64,000 nt of DNA from contig JBEUKZ010000107.1 of assembly GCA_048128005.1 (NCBI GenBank), positions 1-64,000 of the forward strand. The letters are read 5' to 3'. This document shows, piece by piece, positions 48,166-63,172 of the stretch. The DNA is from Veleropilina oligotropha. Its lineage: Eukaryota. Position numbers and translations under genes: made by a program. The notes beneath the pieces were generated by a model, which worked only from the letters and a program-made list of their open reading frames with translations, ran no database searches and had not been told where the DNA came from. The number at the start of each line of letters is the position of its first letter. Within the stretch, counting starts at the first letter, position 1.

Positions 48166-50375
48166 AATGCTGCCTATCGGGCGGACGGGGGACATAGAAT
48201 CCGCGTTCGTCCATCCATCGATCCGTCTGTCCTTTCATCCATCCGTCCCGGATCTTCTCACATCTTTTTTTGCCATTTAGAGAAATGCGAGCATCCTGAA
48301 ACTTTACAGAATGAACTAAACATATCATTGGGTAGATCAAGTTCGAATATTGGACATTTATTGTGGAAACTGTTTTTTGGCGAATTTTCGGCAATTTTTA
48401 ACATGGTCTGCTCTCTGGAAGCTTGGATGTGGTATATTTCTCACATTTTTTTCTCATTTATAGAAATGTGACCTTTCCGAAATTTTTCAGATGAACTAAC
48501 CACATCATTGGGTAGATCAAGTTCGAATATTGGGAATATATTTTGCAATCTTTTGTTTTTTTGGCGACTTTTCGGCAAATTTGAACATAGCCTCTGGAAG
48601 CATGGATATCGTCAATTTCTCACATTGTTTTTTTCCATTTAGAGAAATACTAGCTTTCTGAAACTTTAAACATTTACTAACCACATCATTGAGCAGATAA
48701 AGTTCAAATATTGGAAATTTATTTTGAAGACTTCTGGTTTTGCAGTTTTGAACATAATCTCTGGAAGTATGGATGTGGTATATTTCTCACATATTTTTTT
48801 TTCATTTATAGAAATGCGAGCTTTCCAAAAGTTGACAAATGAACTAACCACATCATTCGGTAGATCAAGTTTGAATACAGTAAAACATGAAATTATTGCG
48901 AAATGTTATTATTGCGATTACTGCGAATATTGCAAGTAGCCCGTGATCGCAATAATAACATGTCGCAATATTTTTCTAGTTCTAATAATTTGTAGAAGGC
49001 ACTAGTAATAATTACAACATATCTTAGCAAGCCAGAACACGTTGAGTAGTCAGACAATACTAGTAAGTCATATATACAAGGGAATAAACAAAATATTGAA
49101 GATAATAAAATAAATCCTTTATATAAAATATGTTTGTGAGCATGAATCAGAAAGTCCTGTCATAATGGAACAATTGCTACTATTGATTTCACCGTCTTTT
49201 GTCAGGATTACTTAGCTTAGCAAACAATATACACTATAAAGGCAGATTGTTTTAGAGATTACTACTTGACAGCTTCTTGCATCGGCATTCATAGTTATGA
49301 GCTGTTTACTTAATCCAACCATTGATCACTGGTGACTTACCCCATCAAAAGGTTCAGCGTTGTTAATCAAACGACCTTATTGAATAAACAATTTTGTCAG
49401 AAGTTCCTGGCTACTTTTGATCACTGGTGATTTTCCCCATCATTAGCGTCAGCGTTGTTAATCAAAGAACCGTTATTAGCTATACTATTTTCTCAGAAGT
49501 TCCTGATTATTAAGTTGTTTTGTAAAATGGTCAATGGACCGAAAATTCCAAAGTAATATTATAAAAATATTAGACAATAAATGTTTACCAACTGACACAT
49601 CTGAAAACGCAATACTATCACGTCGCATTATTTTTGACATTCACAAATCGCAATAATTTCATGTCGCAATAATATAGATTAATGTTTTACAGTATGGAAT
49701 ATATTTTGCATGACATTATTTGTTAAAGTTATGAATCACAGTTGTCCATAACTGGTCCAAGAGGGCGGCTTTCCTCCTGCAATAATATGGACATGTCCTG
49801 GTTTGAACCTAAATAGGTTGGAAATATACAGGACTATAAGCTTTGATACATTCCTTTTTCCTTTTCGAATATGGGGATTTTTTTTTTAAATTTATGGATT
49901 TTTTGGCAATTTTGTACATAGTCTCTGCAAGCATGGATGTGGTCAATTTTCTCACATGCACTTATTTCATATACAGAGATTTTAGCTTTCTGGTGTAAAT
50001 CAAGTTTAAATATTGGGGATTGTTTGAAACCTTGATTTATTGCTGAATTTTGAATTTAAAACATGTATGAAATTTATCAATTTTCTCACAGCTAAATTTT
50101 CCATTTAAAGAAATGTTAGCTTTCTGAAACTTCACAGACCAACTAACCACAATGTGATAATGGGATATGTAAAGTTCAAATAATGAGAATTATTTAATTT
50201 ACTTGAAGTATTTACACTTAGTCTCTGGGTGCATATCTATCTCTTTAGCCTCTGGTGGCAGGAAATCTTGCTTAATAAATTCTCATTGAGTTACTTAATA
50301 CACAGTGAGCACAAATATATATGCGGTCAATAATACGGGCGGGGGACAATCGCCACTTAGTGGCAATCACTTGTT
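48166..50375 (+). mobile_element. HINE-like element with internal tandem units, interrupted by another insertion (~48877-49693)
   Basis: 5' (GTCC/ATCC) microsatellite; repeated ACATCATTGGGTAGATCAAGTTCGAATATTGG units; 3' stem-loop GCCACTTAGTGGC. CAGTAAAACAT (~48878) and ATGTTTTACAG (~49682) bound the nested insert as an imperfect inverted pair. Confidence 0.5.
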
Positions 50376-51033
50376 AATTTTGGCACAAATGTGATTCTTA
50401 TTTTTAAAACTACAAATTTATGGTTAAATAAACAAGTTATATAGCTATTCCACATTACTTAGTGCATAAGCATTAAATATCACTATATGATATGAGTTCA
50501 TGTACTTTTAAGACCAAATGTTCACAATTTTTCAGTATAGAGTCCGCAGTCTGAACCTCTGTTTACCGTTTCGAATGGAGGCTATCATTTTAAAGCAGTA
50601 TTTTATATTTATATTACATTCAAGCGAAAGAATAAGACACTCCAGTGCTCGAATCGAATCGAATCCGTATCATAAATTATTACATACACTTTTCCGACGT
50701 TCTATCAGTAAAAGCATTTGTCATCTTTGTACTGTACATCTGCATCTGATATATCTTCGACTTCTGGTCGGTGGCCGATGTCATTGCCGAGAAGTGTTCT
50801 AGTCACATGACCAACTTTATAAATGCTGCATGTCTCGTCACGGTCAAAGGGTGAATTTCATGCGAGCATGGAATCTTACAGTACCAATTAACGGGTAATC
50901 AATGCATTGAATGGCTAATCATGGTCGCCAACACCCGAAGGGTGAAATCGTATTTGAAATGTTTTAAGTCAGTTAAACATCTCGACATTGAGTATTATTT
51001 GAAATAAATAACACGGCCCTTACGGGCCTCGTT

Positions 51034-51516
51034 TTTGTCTCGCCCCGAAGGGAAAGCGAGACTTAGGGATTACATTTTCCGGCGGCGTCGGCGTGTCATT
51101 TTCGGTTAAAGTTTTTCATTGCATGTGTATGGGTTGCTAAAGGCACTTTTATGCATACATATGCATTGGTAATGGTTATATGGACAACACCTGATACTCT
51201 GGAACTGTTATTGAATGGAATTTTATATAAATAATGCATGAAATTGGTGTTTTTGGACATATAAATTTTGGTTAAAGTTTTTGTTTAAAGTTTTTATGCA
51301 TACATATGCATTGGTAATGGTTATATGGACAACACCTGATACTCTGGAACTGTTATTGAATGGAATTTTATATAAATAATGCATGAAATTGGTGTTTTTG
51401 GACATAGAAATTTTGGTTAAAGTTTTTTCGGTTCAAGTTTTTCATTGAATGGAATTTTCTGATACATTGATATATATATTTAAAGGGCGTGACATATCGG
51501 ACCGTGGTTCTTGTTT
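51034..51516 (+). mobile_element. HINE-like element with an internal tandem duplication
   Basis: ~51147-51292 is duplicated at ~51293-51425; stem-loop ends; inserted into a hairpin. Confidence 0.6.
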
Positions 51517-51745
51517 ATTTCAATGAATACACAATGTCTCTGTGTTTAACTAATACTTATATTTACTAATTAAACCCTTTCTACAGTACTGCATATAGTT
51601 AATAGGATAAAAATATACAAAGTATTGTAAGATATGAAATTCATAGGATGAAATTCCATTCTGTAGCAAAATATTAATAATCTTGTAAATGACATCGATT
51701 AAATGTAATTAAGAAACTTGATATTTTACTTATAAAAATATTTAG

Positions 51746-51927
51746 ATGGATGCTTCAAGCTGTTCATGGAAAATACTTTTCAAAGCGAAAGTGGAATGAT
51801 TTTCTCCGTCGCCGGCTCATCCCAGGAAGTCGCGTTTCCTTCGCTGAGATCGAGGTGATATTGTGTAATATTCCAGATCGAACGGAACTGGAGAGAGAAC
51901 GTCTGGAGGAGGAGAGAGAGAAGGAGG
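51746..51927 (+). CDS. EF-hand/coiled-coil gene, exon 3
   Basis: WMLQAVHGKYFSKRKWNDFLRRRLIPGSRVSFAEIEVILCNIPDRTELERERLEEEREKE; AG/GT borders in phase. Confidence 0.85.
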
Positions 51928-52351
51928 GTGAGAACAGTGTGATGTATTCCTGCCTTATTCTAATGCTTAAAGCTAATAGAAGCGATGGAGTAAAAAACCT
52001 GTTACCCATACTTCAAACAAAGACATTAAACCAAAGTTCCGATTGAAATATTGATTAAATACAATCATAAAAATATTAAATCAATTCAGCTTTACATTAT
52101 GTTGTGTTGATGCAAATCCATTTTATCAATAATTTAATGTTATACTCTACTCTTAGACATGTTTTGTATACGTAGCAACCATTTACTTCTTCTGCTTGAA
52201 TGAACAGAAGTAGTTTTGAATCCTCGACTGGGTACTTTGTTCAGTTAACACTCACAGTTGTCCTTAACCAGCTAATGACGGCACCTTTTCCCGGGCGACC
52301 GATTGTTCGTGATTCGACCGTGTGGACATGTCTTGGTACGAGCCTGAAGGG

Positions 52352-55300
52352 TGATACGATGGGAGGTATAGCATTGATACGATGGGCGGTATAGCATTGA
52401 TACGATGGGAGGTATAGCATTGATACGATGGGAGGTATAGCATTGATACGATGGGAGGTATAGCATTGATACGATGGGAGGTATAGCATTGATATGATGG
52501 GAGGTATAGCATTGATACGATGGGAGGTATAGCATTGATATGATGGGAGGTATAGCATTGATACGATGGGAGGTATAGCATTGATACGATGGGCGGTATA
52601 GCATTGATATGATGGGAGGTATAGCATTGATACGATGGGAGGCATAGCATTGATACGATGGGAGGTATAGCATTGATACGATGGGAGGTATAGCATTGAT
52701 ACGATGGGAGGTCTAGCATTGATACGATGGGAGGTATAGCATTGATACGATGGGAGGTATAGCATTGATACGATGGGAGGTATAGCATTGATACGATGGG
52801 AGGTATAGCATTGATACGATGGGAGGTATAGCATTGATACGATGGGAGGTATAGCATTGATACGATGGGCGGTATAGCATTGATATGATGGGAGGTATAG
52901 CATTGATACGATGGGAGGTATAGCATTGATACGATGGGCGGTATAGCATTGATATGATGGGAGGTATAGCTTTGATACGATGGGAGGTATAGCATTGATA
53001 CGATGGGCGGTATAGCATTGATATGATGGGAGGTATAGCATTGATACGATGGGAGGCATAGCATTGATACGATGGGAGGTATAGCATTGATACGATGGGA
53101 GGTATAGCATTGATACGATGGGAGGTCTAGCATTGATACGATGGGAGGTATAGCATTGATACGATGGGAGGTATAGCATTGATACGATGGGAGGTATAGC
53201 ATTGATACGATGGGAGGTATAGCATTGATACGATGGGAGGTATAGCATTGATACGATGGGAGGTATAGCATTGATACGATGGGAGGTATAGCATTGATAC
53301 GATGGGAGGTATAGCATTGATACGATGGGAGGTATAGCATTGATACGATGGGCGGTATAGCATTGATACGATGGGAGGTATAGCATTGATACGATGGGAG
53401 GTATAGCATTGATACGATGGGAGGTATAGCATTGATACGATGGGCGGTATAGCATTGATACGATGGGAGGTATAGCATTGATATGATGGGAGGTATAGCA
53501 TTGATACGATGGGAGGTATAGCATTGATACGATGGGCGGTATAGCATTGATACGATGGGAGGTATAGCATTGATACGATGGGAGGCATAGCATTGATACG
53601 ATGGGAGGCATAGCATTGATACGATGGGAGGTATAGCATTGATACGATGGGAGGTATAGCATTGATACGATGGGAGGTATAGCATTGATACGATGGGAGG
53701 TATAGCATTGATACGATGGGAGGTATAGCATTGATACGATGGGAGGTATAGCATTGATACGATGGGAGGTATAGCATTGATACGATGGGAGGTATAGCAT
53801 TGATACGATGGGAGGTGTAGCATTGATACGATGGGAGGTGTAGCATTGATACGATGGGAGGTATAGCATTGATACGATGGGAGGTATAGCATTGATACGA
53901 TGGGAGGTATAGCATTGATACGATGGGAGGTATAGCATTGATACGATGGGAGGTATAGCATTGATACGATGGGAGGTATAGCATTGATACGATGGGAGGT
54001 ATGGCATTGATACGATGGGAGGTATAGCATTGATACGATGGGAGGTATAGCATTGATACGATGGGAGGTATAGCATTGATACGATGGGAGGTATAGCATT
54101 GATACGATGGGAGGTATAGCATTGATACGATGGGCGGTATAGCATTGATACGATGGGAGGTATAGCATTGATACGATGGGAGGTATAGCATTGATACGAT
54201 GGGCGGTATAGCATTGATACGATGGGAGGTATAGCATTGATATGATGGGAGGTATAGCATTGATACGATGGGAGGTATAGCATTGATACGATGGGCGGTA
54301 TAGCATTGATACGATGGGAGGTATAGCATTGATACGATGGGAGGTATAGCATTGATATGATGGGAGGCATAGCATTGATACGATGGGAGGTATAGCATTG
54401 ATACGATGGGAGGTATAGCATTGATACGATGGGAGGTATAGCATTGATACGATGGGAGGTATAGCATTGATACGATGGGAGGTATAGCATTGATACGATG
54501 GGAGGTATAGCATTGATACGATGGGAGGTATAGCATTGATACGATGGGAGGTATAGCATTGATACGATGGGAGGTATAGCATTGATACGATGGGAGGTAT
54601 AGCATTGATACGATGGGAGGTATAGCATTGATACGATGGGAGGTATAGCATTGATACGATGGGAGGTATAGCATTGATACGATGGGAGGTATAGCATTGA
54701 TATGATGGGAGGTATAGCATTGATACTATGGGAGGTATAGCATTGATACGATGGGAGGTATAGCATTGATACGATGGGAGGTATAGCATTGATACGATGG
54801 GAGGCATAGCATTGATACGATGGGAGGTATAGCATTGACACGATGGGAGGTATAGCATTGATACGATGGGAGGTATAGCATTGACACGATGGGAGGTATA
54901 GCATTGATACGATGGGAGGTATAGCATTGATATGATGGGAGGTATAGCATTGATATGATGGGAGGTATAGCATTGATACGATGGGAGGTATAGCATTGAC
55001 ACGATGGGAGGTATAGCATTGATACGATGGGAGGTATAGCATTGATATGATGGGAGGTATAGCATTGATACTATGGGAGGTATAGCATTGATACTATGGG
55101 AGGTATAGCATTGATACAATGGGAGCTATAGCATTGATACAATGGGAGCTATAGCATTGATACGATGGGAGGTATAGCATTGATACAATGGGAGGCATAG
55201 CATTGATACGATGGGAGGTATAGCATTGATACAATGGGAGCTATAGCATTGATACAATGGGAGGTATAGCATTGATACGATGGGAGGTATAGCATTGATA

Positions 55301-57138
55301 CAATGGGAGGCATAGCATTGATACAATGGGAGGTATAGCATTGATACGATGGGAGGTATAGCATTGATACGATGGGCGGTATAGCATTGATACAATGGGA
55401 GCTATAGCATTGATACGATGGGAGGTATAGCATTGATACGATGGGCGGTATAGCATTGATACGATGGGAGGCATAGCATTGATACGATGGGAGGCATAGC
55501 ATTGATACGATGGGAGGTATAGCATTGATACGATGGGAGGTATAGCATTGATACGATGGGAGGTATAGCATTGATACGATGGGAGGTATAGCATTGATAC
55601 GATGGGCGGTATAGCATTGATACGATGGGCGGTATAGCATTGATACGATGGGCGGTATAGCATTGATACGATGGGAGGCATAGCATTGATACAATGGGAG
55701 CTATAGCATTGATACGATGGGAGGTATAGCATTGATACGATGGGAGGTATAGCATTGATACGATGGGAGGTATAGCATTGATACGATGGGTGGTATAGCA
55801 TTGATACGATGGGAGGCATAGCATTGATACAATGGGAGCTATAGCATTGATACGATGGGAGGTATAGCATTGATACGATGGGCGGTATAGCATTGATACG
55901 ATGGGAGGCATAGCATTGATACGATGGGAGGTATAGCATTGATACGATGGGAGGTATAGCATTGATACGATGGGCGGTATAGCATTGATACGATGGGAGG
56001 CATAGCATTGATACGATGGGAGGCATAGCATTGATACAATGGGAGGCATAGCATTGATACGATGGGAGGTATAGCATTGATACGATGGGCGGTATAGCAT
56101 TGATACGATGGGCGGTATAGCATTGATACGATGGGCGGTATAGCATTGATACGATGGGAGGCATAGCATTGATACAATGGGAGCTATAGCATTGATACGA
56201 TGGGAGGTATAGCATTGATACGATGGGAGGTATAGCATTGATACGATGGGTGGTATAGCATTGATATGATGGGAGGCATAGCATTGATACGATGGGAGGT
56301 ATAGCATTGATACGATGGGAGGTATAGCATTGATACGATGGGCGGTATAGCATTGATACGATGGGAGGCATAGCATTGATACGATGGGAGGTATAGCATT
56401 GATACGATGGGAGGTATAGCATTGATACGATGGGAGGCATAGCATTGATACAATGGGAGCTATAGCATTGATACGATGGGAGGTATAGCATTGATACGAT
56501 GGGAGGTATAGCATTGATACGATGGGCGGTATAGCATTGATACGATGGGAGGTATAGCATTGATACAATGGGAGCTATAGCATTGATACGATGGGAGGTA
56601 TAGCATTGATATGATGGGAGGTATAGCATTGATACGATGGGAGGTATAGCATTGACACGATGGGAGGTATAGCATTGATACGATGGGAGGTATAGCATTG
56701 ATATGATGGGAGGTATAGCATTGACACGATGGGAGGTATAGCATTGATACGATGGGAGGTATAGCATTGATACGATGGGAGGTATAGCATTGACACGATG
56801 GGAGGTATAGCATTGATACGATGGGAGGTATAGCATTGATATGATGGGAGGTATAGCATTGATACAATGGGAGCTATAGCATTGATACAATGGGAGGTAT
56901 AGCATTGATACGATGGGGGGTATAGCATTGATACAATGGCAGGTATAGCATTGATACGATGGGAGGCATAGCATTGATACGATGGGAGGTATAGCATTGA
57001 TACGATGGGAGGTATAGCATTGATACGATGGGAGGTATAGCATTGATACGATGGGAGGCATAGCATTGATACAATGGGAGGCATAGATTTGATACGATGG
57101 GAGGTATAGCATTGATACGATGGGAGGTATAGCATTGA
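52352..57138. repeat. 23-bp satellite (GATACGATGGGAGGTATAGCATT)n, ~4.8 kb, intronic
   Basis: About 208 highly homogeneous tandem copies (span divided by 23). Confidence 0.98.
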
Positions 57139-57227
57139 TTCACACTTATCCAATGCGTTCTGTATTATTTCAATTGCTATAATTGAGGAAACGATAAATA
57201 ATTTGTTAAACATAATCTTAATTGCAG

Positions 57228-57325
57228 ACAAAATAAGGAGGCAAAAGGAGCTAGAAGAAGCAGCTGAAAAAGAAAAGGAAAGATTGAAGCGGCAGCGAGA
57301 AGAGATGAGACTAATCAGGGATGAG
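57228..57325 (+). CDS. EF-hand/coiled-coil gene, exon 4
   Basis: DKIRRQKELEEAAEKEKERLKRQREEMRLIRDE; TTGCAG/GTAAT borders; phase 1 to 0. Confidence 0.82.
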
Positions 57326-58760
57326 GTAATATGTCTGTTTTAAATCAAATATTAGAATGATTTAATAGAGTTTAACGTGAGATTATCACACTGAGAGACT
57401 GATAAATATTGCGACCATTAAACTACAGTTGCTGTAGTTGTCGATTTTGTAGCAATATCCTTAAATCAATTATATTTTGGCAGCTGCGCAAGTTAGAAAT
57501 TTAACGTAATTATAAGTAAATTATCCCTGGAAATGTAACTATATAACATCGAAAGCAGTAATAGGACTTCTGCTTGACAATGTGTTATTGTCCCGCCTGC
57601 AGAGCAGAAGCGGGACATAGGTATATCCTTTCTGGCGTCACGTCGTTGGCGTCAACAATTGTTAAGATTTGTGTTTAGCTCTCTTTCTAACAAAGTGTAA
57701 GTGCTAGGTTCGTCATATTTTACAATATCTTTATTACAGTGTACTCATTACGTATCGATGCTGCCCTCGTGACCTTGATCTACTTTTTACGTGCAAATGA
57801 CTTCGGTATTTTCAACGTTAAGTTTAGCATTTAACTCAGTTTTTGGAATACTACAAGTCCTATGATCACAAAATTGGACAACATCTTTGTTATAGAGTGC
57901 CCATTACATATCGGTGCTGCCCTCGCGACCTTGACCTACGTTTTACGTGCAAATGACTTAGGTATATTTCAACGTTAACTTTTGCGTTTAGCTCAGTGTC
58001 TTGAATACGACAAGTCATATGATCACCAAAATTGACAACACTTTCTGTCTGCCGCCTGAAGAAAGCGGGAGATATTGTTGTTGCTCTGTCCATTCGTCTG
58101 TCCGTCAACAAATGACTTCGGTATTTTTCAACTAAGTTTTGCGTTTAGCTCAGTGTCTGGAATACTACAGGTCCTATGATCACCAAACTTGGACAACACT
58201 TTCTGTCTGCCGCTTGAAGGAAGCAGGGATATTGTTGTTGCTCCGTCCGTACGTGCAAATTATATCGTAATTCAATGGAGCTCTTGTTTTTACCTATTGA
58301 TATTGAATAAATTTGAGAACTTCTGTTGTTTTGCTTGCAAGTTTGACAATATTTCTAACTTTGGCAAGTGTGAATATATATACACACTCGCCGAAATATT
58401 GTGGAAATATGACAAAAACTAAATAATATTGAGCCAGTGTTACCACAGTTATATTTTTATGCAGTATCTACTGTTAGATTGGTCTCTTTCTCAATCTTTA
58501 AAAACGTTTTTATTTGGAGGGTGATCATCTTCTGCCATTCATTGTTACGACATTATGTGTACCACTATTTTATGCAATATAACCGAAGATGTCATTGGGT
58601 AAATGTGCATGTTTACAAGTTTGTCATTTGTTGGTATGTCATACTAATAATTTCATTATGTTATTTGTCATGATAAAACGATATTAAAGTGTAGTAGATC
58701 TCTTTTACTTTTACTTAAAATTGTGAACTTTTATAGGATTATTTGTAGCATTTGGTTTAT

Positions 58761-60348
58761 ATCAATCATGTGATTACCTAGTAAGCATTGTTCATGTGAT
58801 TACCTAGTAAGCATTGTTCATGTGATTACCTAGTAAGCATCAATCATGTGATTACCTAGTAAGCATTGTTCATGTGATTACCTAGTAAGCATCAATCATG
58901 TGATTACCTAGTAAGCATCAATCATGTGATTACCTAGTAAGCATTGTTCATGTGATTACCTAGTAAGCATCAATCATGTGATTACCTAGTAAGCATTGTT
59001 CATGTGATTACCTAGTAAGCATTGTTCATGTGATTACCTAGTAAGCATTGTTCATGTGATTACCTAGTAAGCATTGTTCATGTGATTACCTAGTAAGCAT
59101 TGTTCATGTGATTACCTAGTAAGCATTGTTCATGTGATTACCTAGTAAGCATTGTTCATGTGATTACTAGTAAGCATTGTTCATGTGATTACCTAGTAAG
59201 CATTGTTCATGTGATTACCTAGTAAGCATTGTTCATGTGATTACCTAGTAACCATTGTTCATGTGATTACCTAGTAACCATTGTTCATGTGATTACCTAG
59301 TAAGCATTGTTCATGTGATTACCTAGTAACCATTGTTCATGTGATTACCTAGTAAGCATTGTTCATGTGATTACCTAGTAAGCATTGTTCATGTGATTAC
59401 CTAGTAAGCATTGTTCATGTGATTACCTAGTAAGCATTGTTCATGTGATTACCTAGTAAGCATCGTTCATGTGATTACCTAGTAAGCATCGTTCATGTGA
59501 TTACCTAGTAAGCATCGTTCATGTGATTACCTAGTAAGCATTGTTCATGTGATTACCTAGTAAGCATTGTTCATGTGATTACCTAGTAAGCATTGTTCAT
59601 GTGATTACCTAGTAACCATTGTTCATGTGATTACCTAGTAAGCATTGTTCATGTGATTACCTAGTAAGCATTGTTCATGTGATTACCTAGTAAGCATTGT
59701 TCATGTGATTACCTAGTAAGCATTGTTCATGTGATTACCTAGTAAGCATTGTTCATGTGATTACCTAGTAAGCATTGTTCATGTGATTACCTAGTAAGCA
59801 TTGTTCATGTGATTACCTAGTAAGCATTGTTCATGTGATTACCTAGTAAGCATTGTTCATGTGATTACCTAGTAAGCATTGTTCATGTGATTACCTAGTA
59901 AGCATTGTTCATGTGATTACCTAGTAAGCATTGTTCATGTGATTACCTAGTAAGCATCGTTCATGTGATTACCTAGTAAGCATCGTTCATGTGATTACCT
60001 AGTAAGCATCGTTCATGTGATTACCTAGTAAGCATCGTTCATGTGATTACCTAGTAAGCATCGTTCATGTGATTACCTAGTAAGCATCGTTCATGTGATT
60101 ACCTAGTAAGCATCGTTCATGTGATTACCTAGTAAGCATCGTTCATGTGATTACCTAGTAAGCATCGTTCATGTGATTACCTAGTAAGCATTGTTCATGT
60201 GATTACCTAGTAAGCATTGTTCATGTGATTACCTAGTAAGCATTGTTCATGTGATTACCTAGTAAGCATTGTTCATGTGATTACCTAGTAAGCATTGTTC
60301 ATGTGATTACCTAGTAAGCATTGTTCATGTGATTACCTAGTAAGCATT
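58761..60348. repeat. 26-bp satellite (CATGTGATTACCTAGTAAGCATTGTT)n, intronic
   Basis: About 61 tandem copies. Confidence 0.98.
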
Positions 60349-60358
60349 TTTATTATAG

Positions 60359-60392
60359 GAGAAGAAAAAAGAAGAAGAAAGGAAGAAACGAG
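60359..60392 (+). CDS. EF-hand/coiled-coil gene, exon 5 (34-nt microexon)
   Basis: EKKKEEERKKR; TAG/GTAGG borders; phase 0 to 1. Confidence 0.72.
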
Positions 60393-61099
60393 GTAGGTGG
60401 TTTTTTTTACTTTCCTGTCACGCAATAAGAAATGTCTGACCCATTGTAGCAGAACGAGCATCGTGTTGCTTCCAGAAAATATATTCGTTTTCTAAGCCGA
60501 TGACGAATCTTCAAGGATTTAAAATTTGACTTGAGCAATCAATTTTAGTGAAATTCATTTTTATCCCATCGGTTTTGAAAAAACGATGGGATTATGTCGT
60601 CACGTAGTCCGTTCGTCCGTCCGTTTGTCCGTCTGTTCAAACTTTTGATGCTTAGGGGGTATTTCTTTTGTCTGTCTATTACTTATGAGTTATTTCTGCT
60701 TATGAGCTTAAAGTTAAACTCATAATCTGAAAAATAACGTTCACAGAATGATGCCTGTGAGGTTAGAATTGTTATAAAAGAACATTTATATTTGCCCTCT
60801 AATATATTTCTGTTTACCCCCTAATGCTTGGATTTATTTTTGTCCATCTTATGGACTTGCTACCCAGAGTTACTTCCCCTTTTCTGATTGGGTCATTTCA
60901 AGCCGAACTCGCTCGTTTCTTTTCGTCACCCACTTTCTTTTTTATGATTGACAATTTAGTTGCCATTTTCTCGCAATCGGAATAGCTCAGTTATTGTCGC
61001 ATCAATTTTGGCACCATTTTTGAGACTGATAATTTTCTCAATATTGTGAACTCGTAACCCACTTGTGTCATAATTAAACCTCATAATCTTGGACACATT

Positions 61100-62030
61100 T
61101 TAACCCCCTAATCCAATAAGCTCATAACACTCAAAAGTTGGTCCGTCCGTCCGTATAGGCGACCTGAACAGGATATCAGGAAAACCACACCAGCTAGGGA
61201 ATTCAAATGTGGTATGCATGTTTATTGGGACATAAACTAAGTTGCTATTGAATTTCAGATTAATCCGCCAAATATTACCACAGTTATCCCCCTTTTTAAA
61301 CAAAATTTTCGTTTTGGACGATGTGAACAGGATATCAGGAAAACGATAACAGCTAGGTTGCTGTGAATTTCAGATTATTCCGCCAAATATTTCCATAGTT
61401 ATTCCCCTTTTACGACAAAATTTCCTTTTCGGATGACGTGAACATGATATCAGGAAAACCATAATAGCTAGGAAGTTCAAAGTTGGTATGCCTGTTTATT
61501 TGGATATACACTAGGTTCCTATTTAATTTGATATCATTCCGACAAATATTGCGTAATAGATAGGGTCCAAATTTGGTATGCAGGTTTAGTGGGACACAAA
61601 CAAGGTTCTTATTGAATTTGATAGTATTCCGACAAATATTTGCACAGTTATCCCCATTTTTCAACATAAAATTCGTTTATGATGACGTAAACAGGATATC
61701 GCAAAACCCGTGATAACTAGGGTGTTAAAATTTGGTATGCAGGTTTCTTGGGACATAAACTAGATGCCTATTGGATTTAGTATTATTTCGCCAAATATTA
61801 CCCCAGTTATATATGCCCCCTTATTTACATAAACATTTTGTTTCCATCAATTATCTTCATGATAGCTCGGAGATCAATTCAATTTTGGTAGAACTTCGAC
61901 AAATATTCCCACAGTTGTCTCCATTTTCGACATAAATATTTAGTTTCCGTCAATTATCTTCATAACCTCGCATTAGATATTGTTCGCATCTTGTGACTCT
62001 GTTGCAAATAAAATACAGGGGGTCATGTTA
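61100..62030 (+). mobile_element. HINE-like element with internal tandem units
   Basis: (GTCC)n near the 5' end; repeated GAACAGGATATCAGGAAAAC...GGTATGCA units. Confidence 0.5.
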
Positions 62031-62742
62031 CATTTTGCTAAAATTTTGAGCACAGTTATTCCCCTTTATTAACTTTAAAATGTACACTCCATCAATTACG
62101 ACAAACCCGATGGGATAATGTGTGGCTCCCACACTTCTTGTAACTAATTTTTCAACAATTCTAGTATCTATTTCTCTACGCATTGTTGAAATAGCATTTA
62201 TTATAGTCAATATAATATAAATTATGATTGGCCCATAACAAAACTTTGTTCAGGTTTTGAGAATGCTCTTAAGTTCTGATGTACTGCATTTTGAACAAGA
62301 TCAATTGGAACCAGCATGGCTGAACAACGGTTCATCTGGCCTAGAAATCTATAGGGTGAATATTGGTATTAAGTCATCACATCCAGATCCAGATCACCAC
62401 CAAAATCGAATGGATTGGTCCTTTACCAAAGCTAATCTGTCCACAAAAGTTCACCAATATTGTTTAACTGCACAGGATATTCGATTAAATGATAAAAATC
62501 AAGTGATATAACAAACATAAACCATTGTAAAAATATAAACTAATTTAAAATATATGATTATCATAATTAAAACTAATGAACTCATTAATATGTTATGAAA
62601 TTAGTTTCCCTTGGTTAGTTAAACCATGGATTCAGACAATAGAATGATGTCACAACAAACGTTTAATTTAATAGTGGATATTTTGTATTGTGCTACATGT
62701 ACTATTTAATTTAATATATGCATACATTTGTTTTATTTCCAG

Positions 62743-62777
62743 AGGAGGATGAAAAGAGACAGCGAGAAGAGGAGGAG
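62743..62777 (+). CDS. EF-hand/coiled-coil gene, exon 6 (35-nt microexon); gene continues beyond the window
   Basis: EEDEKRQREEEE; TTCCAG/GTAAA borders; phase 1 to 0. Confidence 0.72.
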
Positions 62778-63172
62778 GTAAAATATCACATTAAACACTT
62801 GAAATTTGTAGCAATGTAATGATATACCAGATCATCAACTGGTTCAACTTTGTTTACTGACATGGCTTAATCTCTCAGCCACCGGATTCCTGAGGACCAA
62901 AATTCGGCATATTTTTGTTCCTAAATAAACGTTAGTAAATACCGACTTATTCATATCAAATCATATATCACATGATAGGTAATTACATGACCTTCAATTT
63001 TGAAATTTTAAATATGAAAATAAGGTCACATGACCTAATTATATATATTCAAATGGTCGCCATCAAGATAAAGAATTCTAATATTTTCAAATTTCAACCC
63101 AATATTCATTGACTATTCACATATCATACTGTAAATCTTTCAAATTCAGATATTCATTTTGTTACAAAAAGA

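Noticed and set aside
52241..57231. Very long minus-strand ORFs (up to 951 aa)
   Set aside because: Artefacts of a stop-free 23-bp satellite that is open in all three minus frames, inside an intron.
62965..62992. Similarity of CATGTAATTACCTA (minus strand) to the 26-bp satellite unit
   Set aside because: Short AT-rich match that could be chance.
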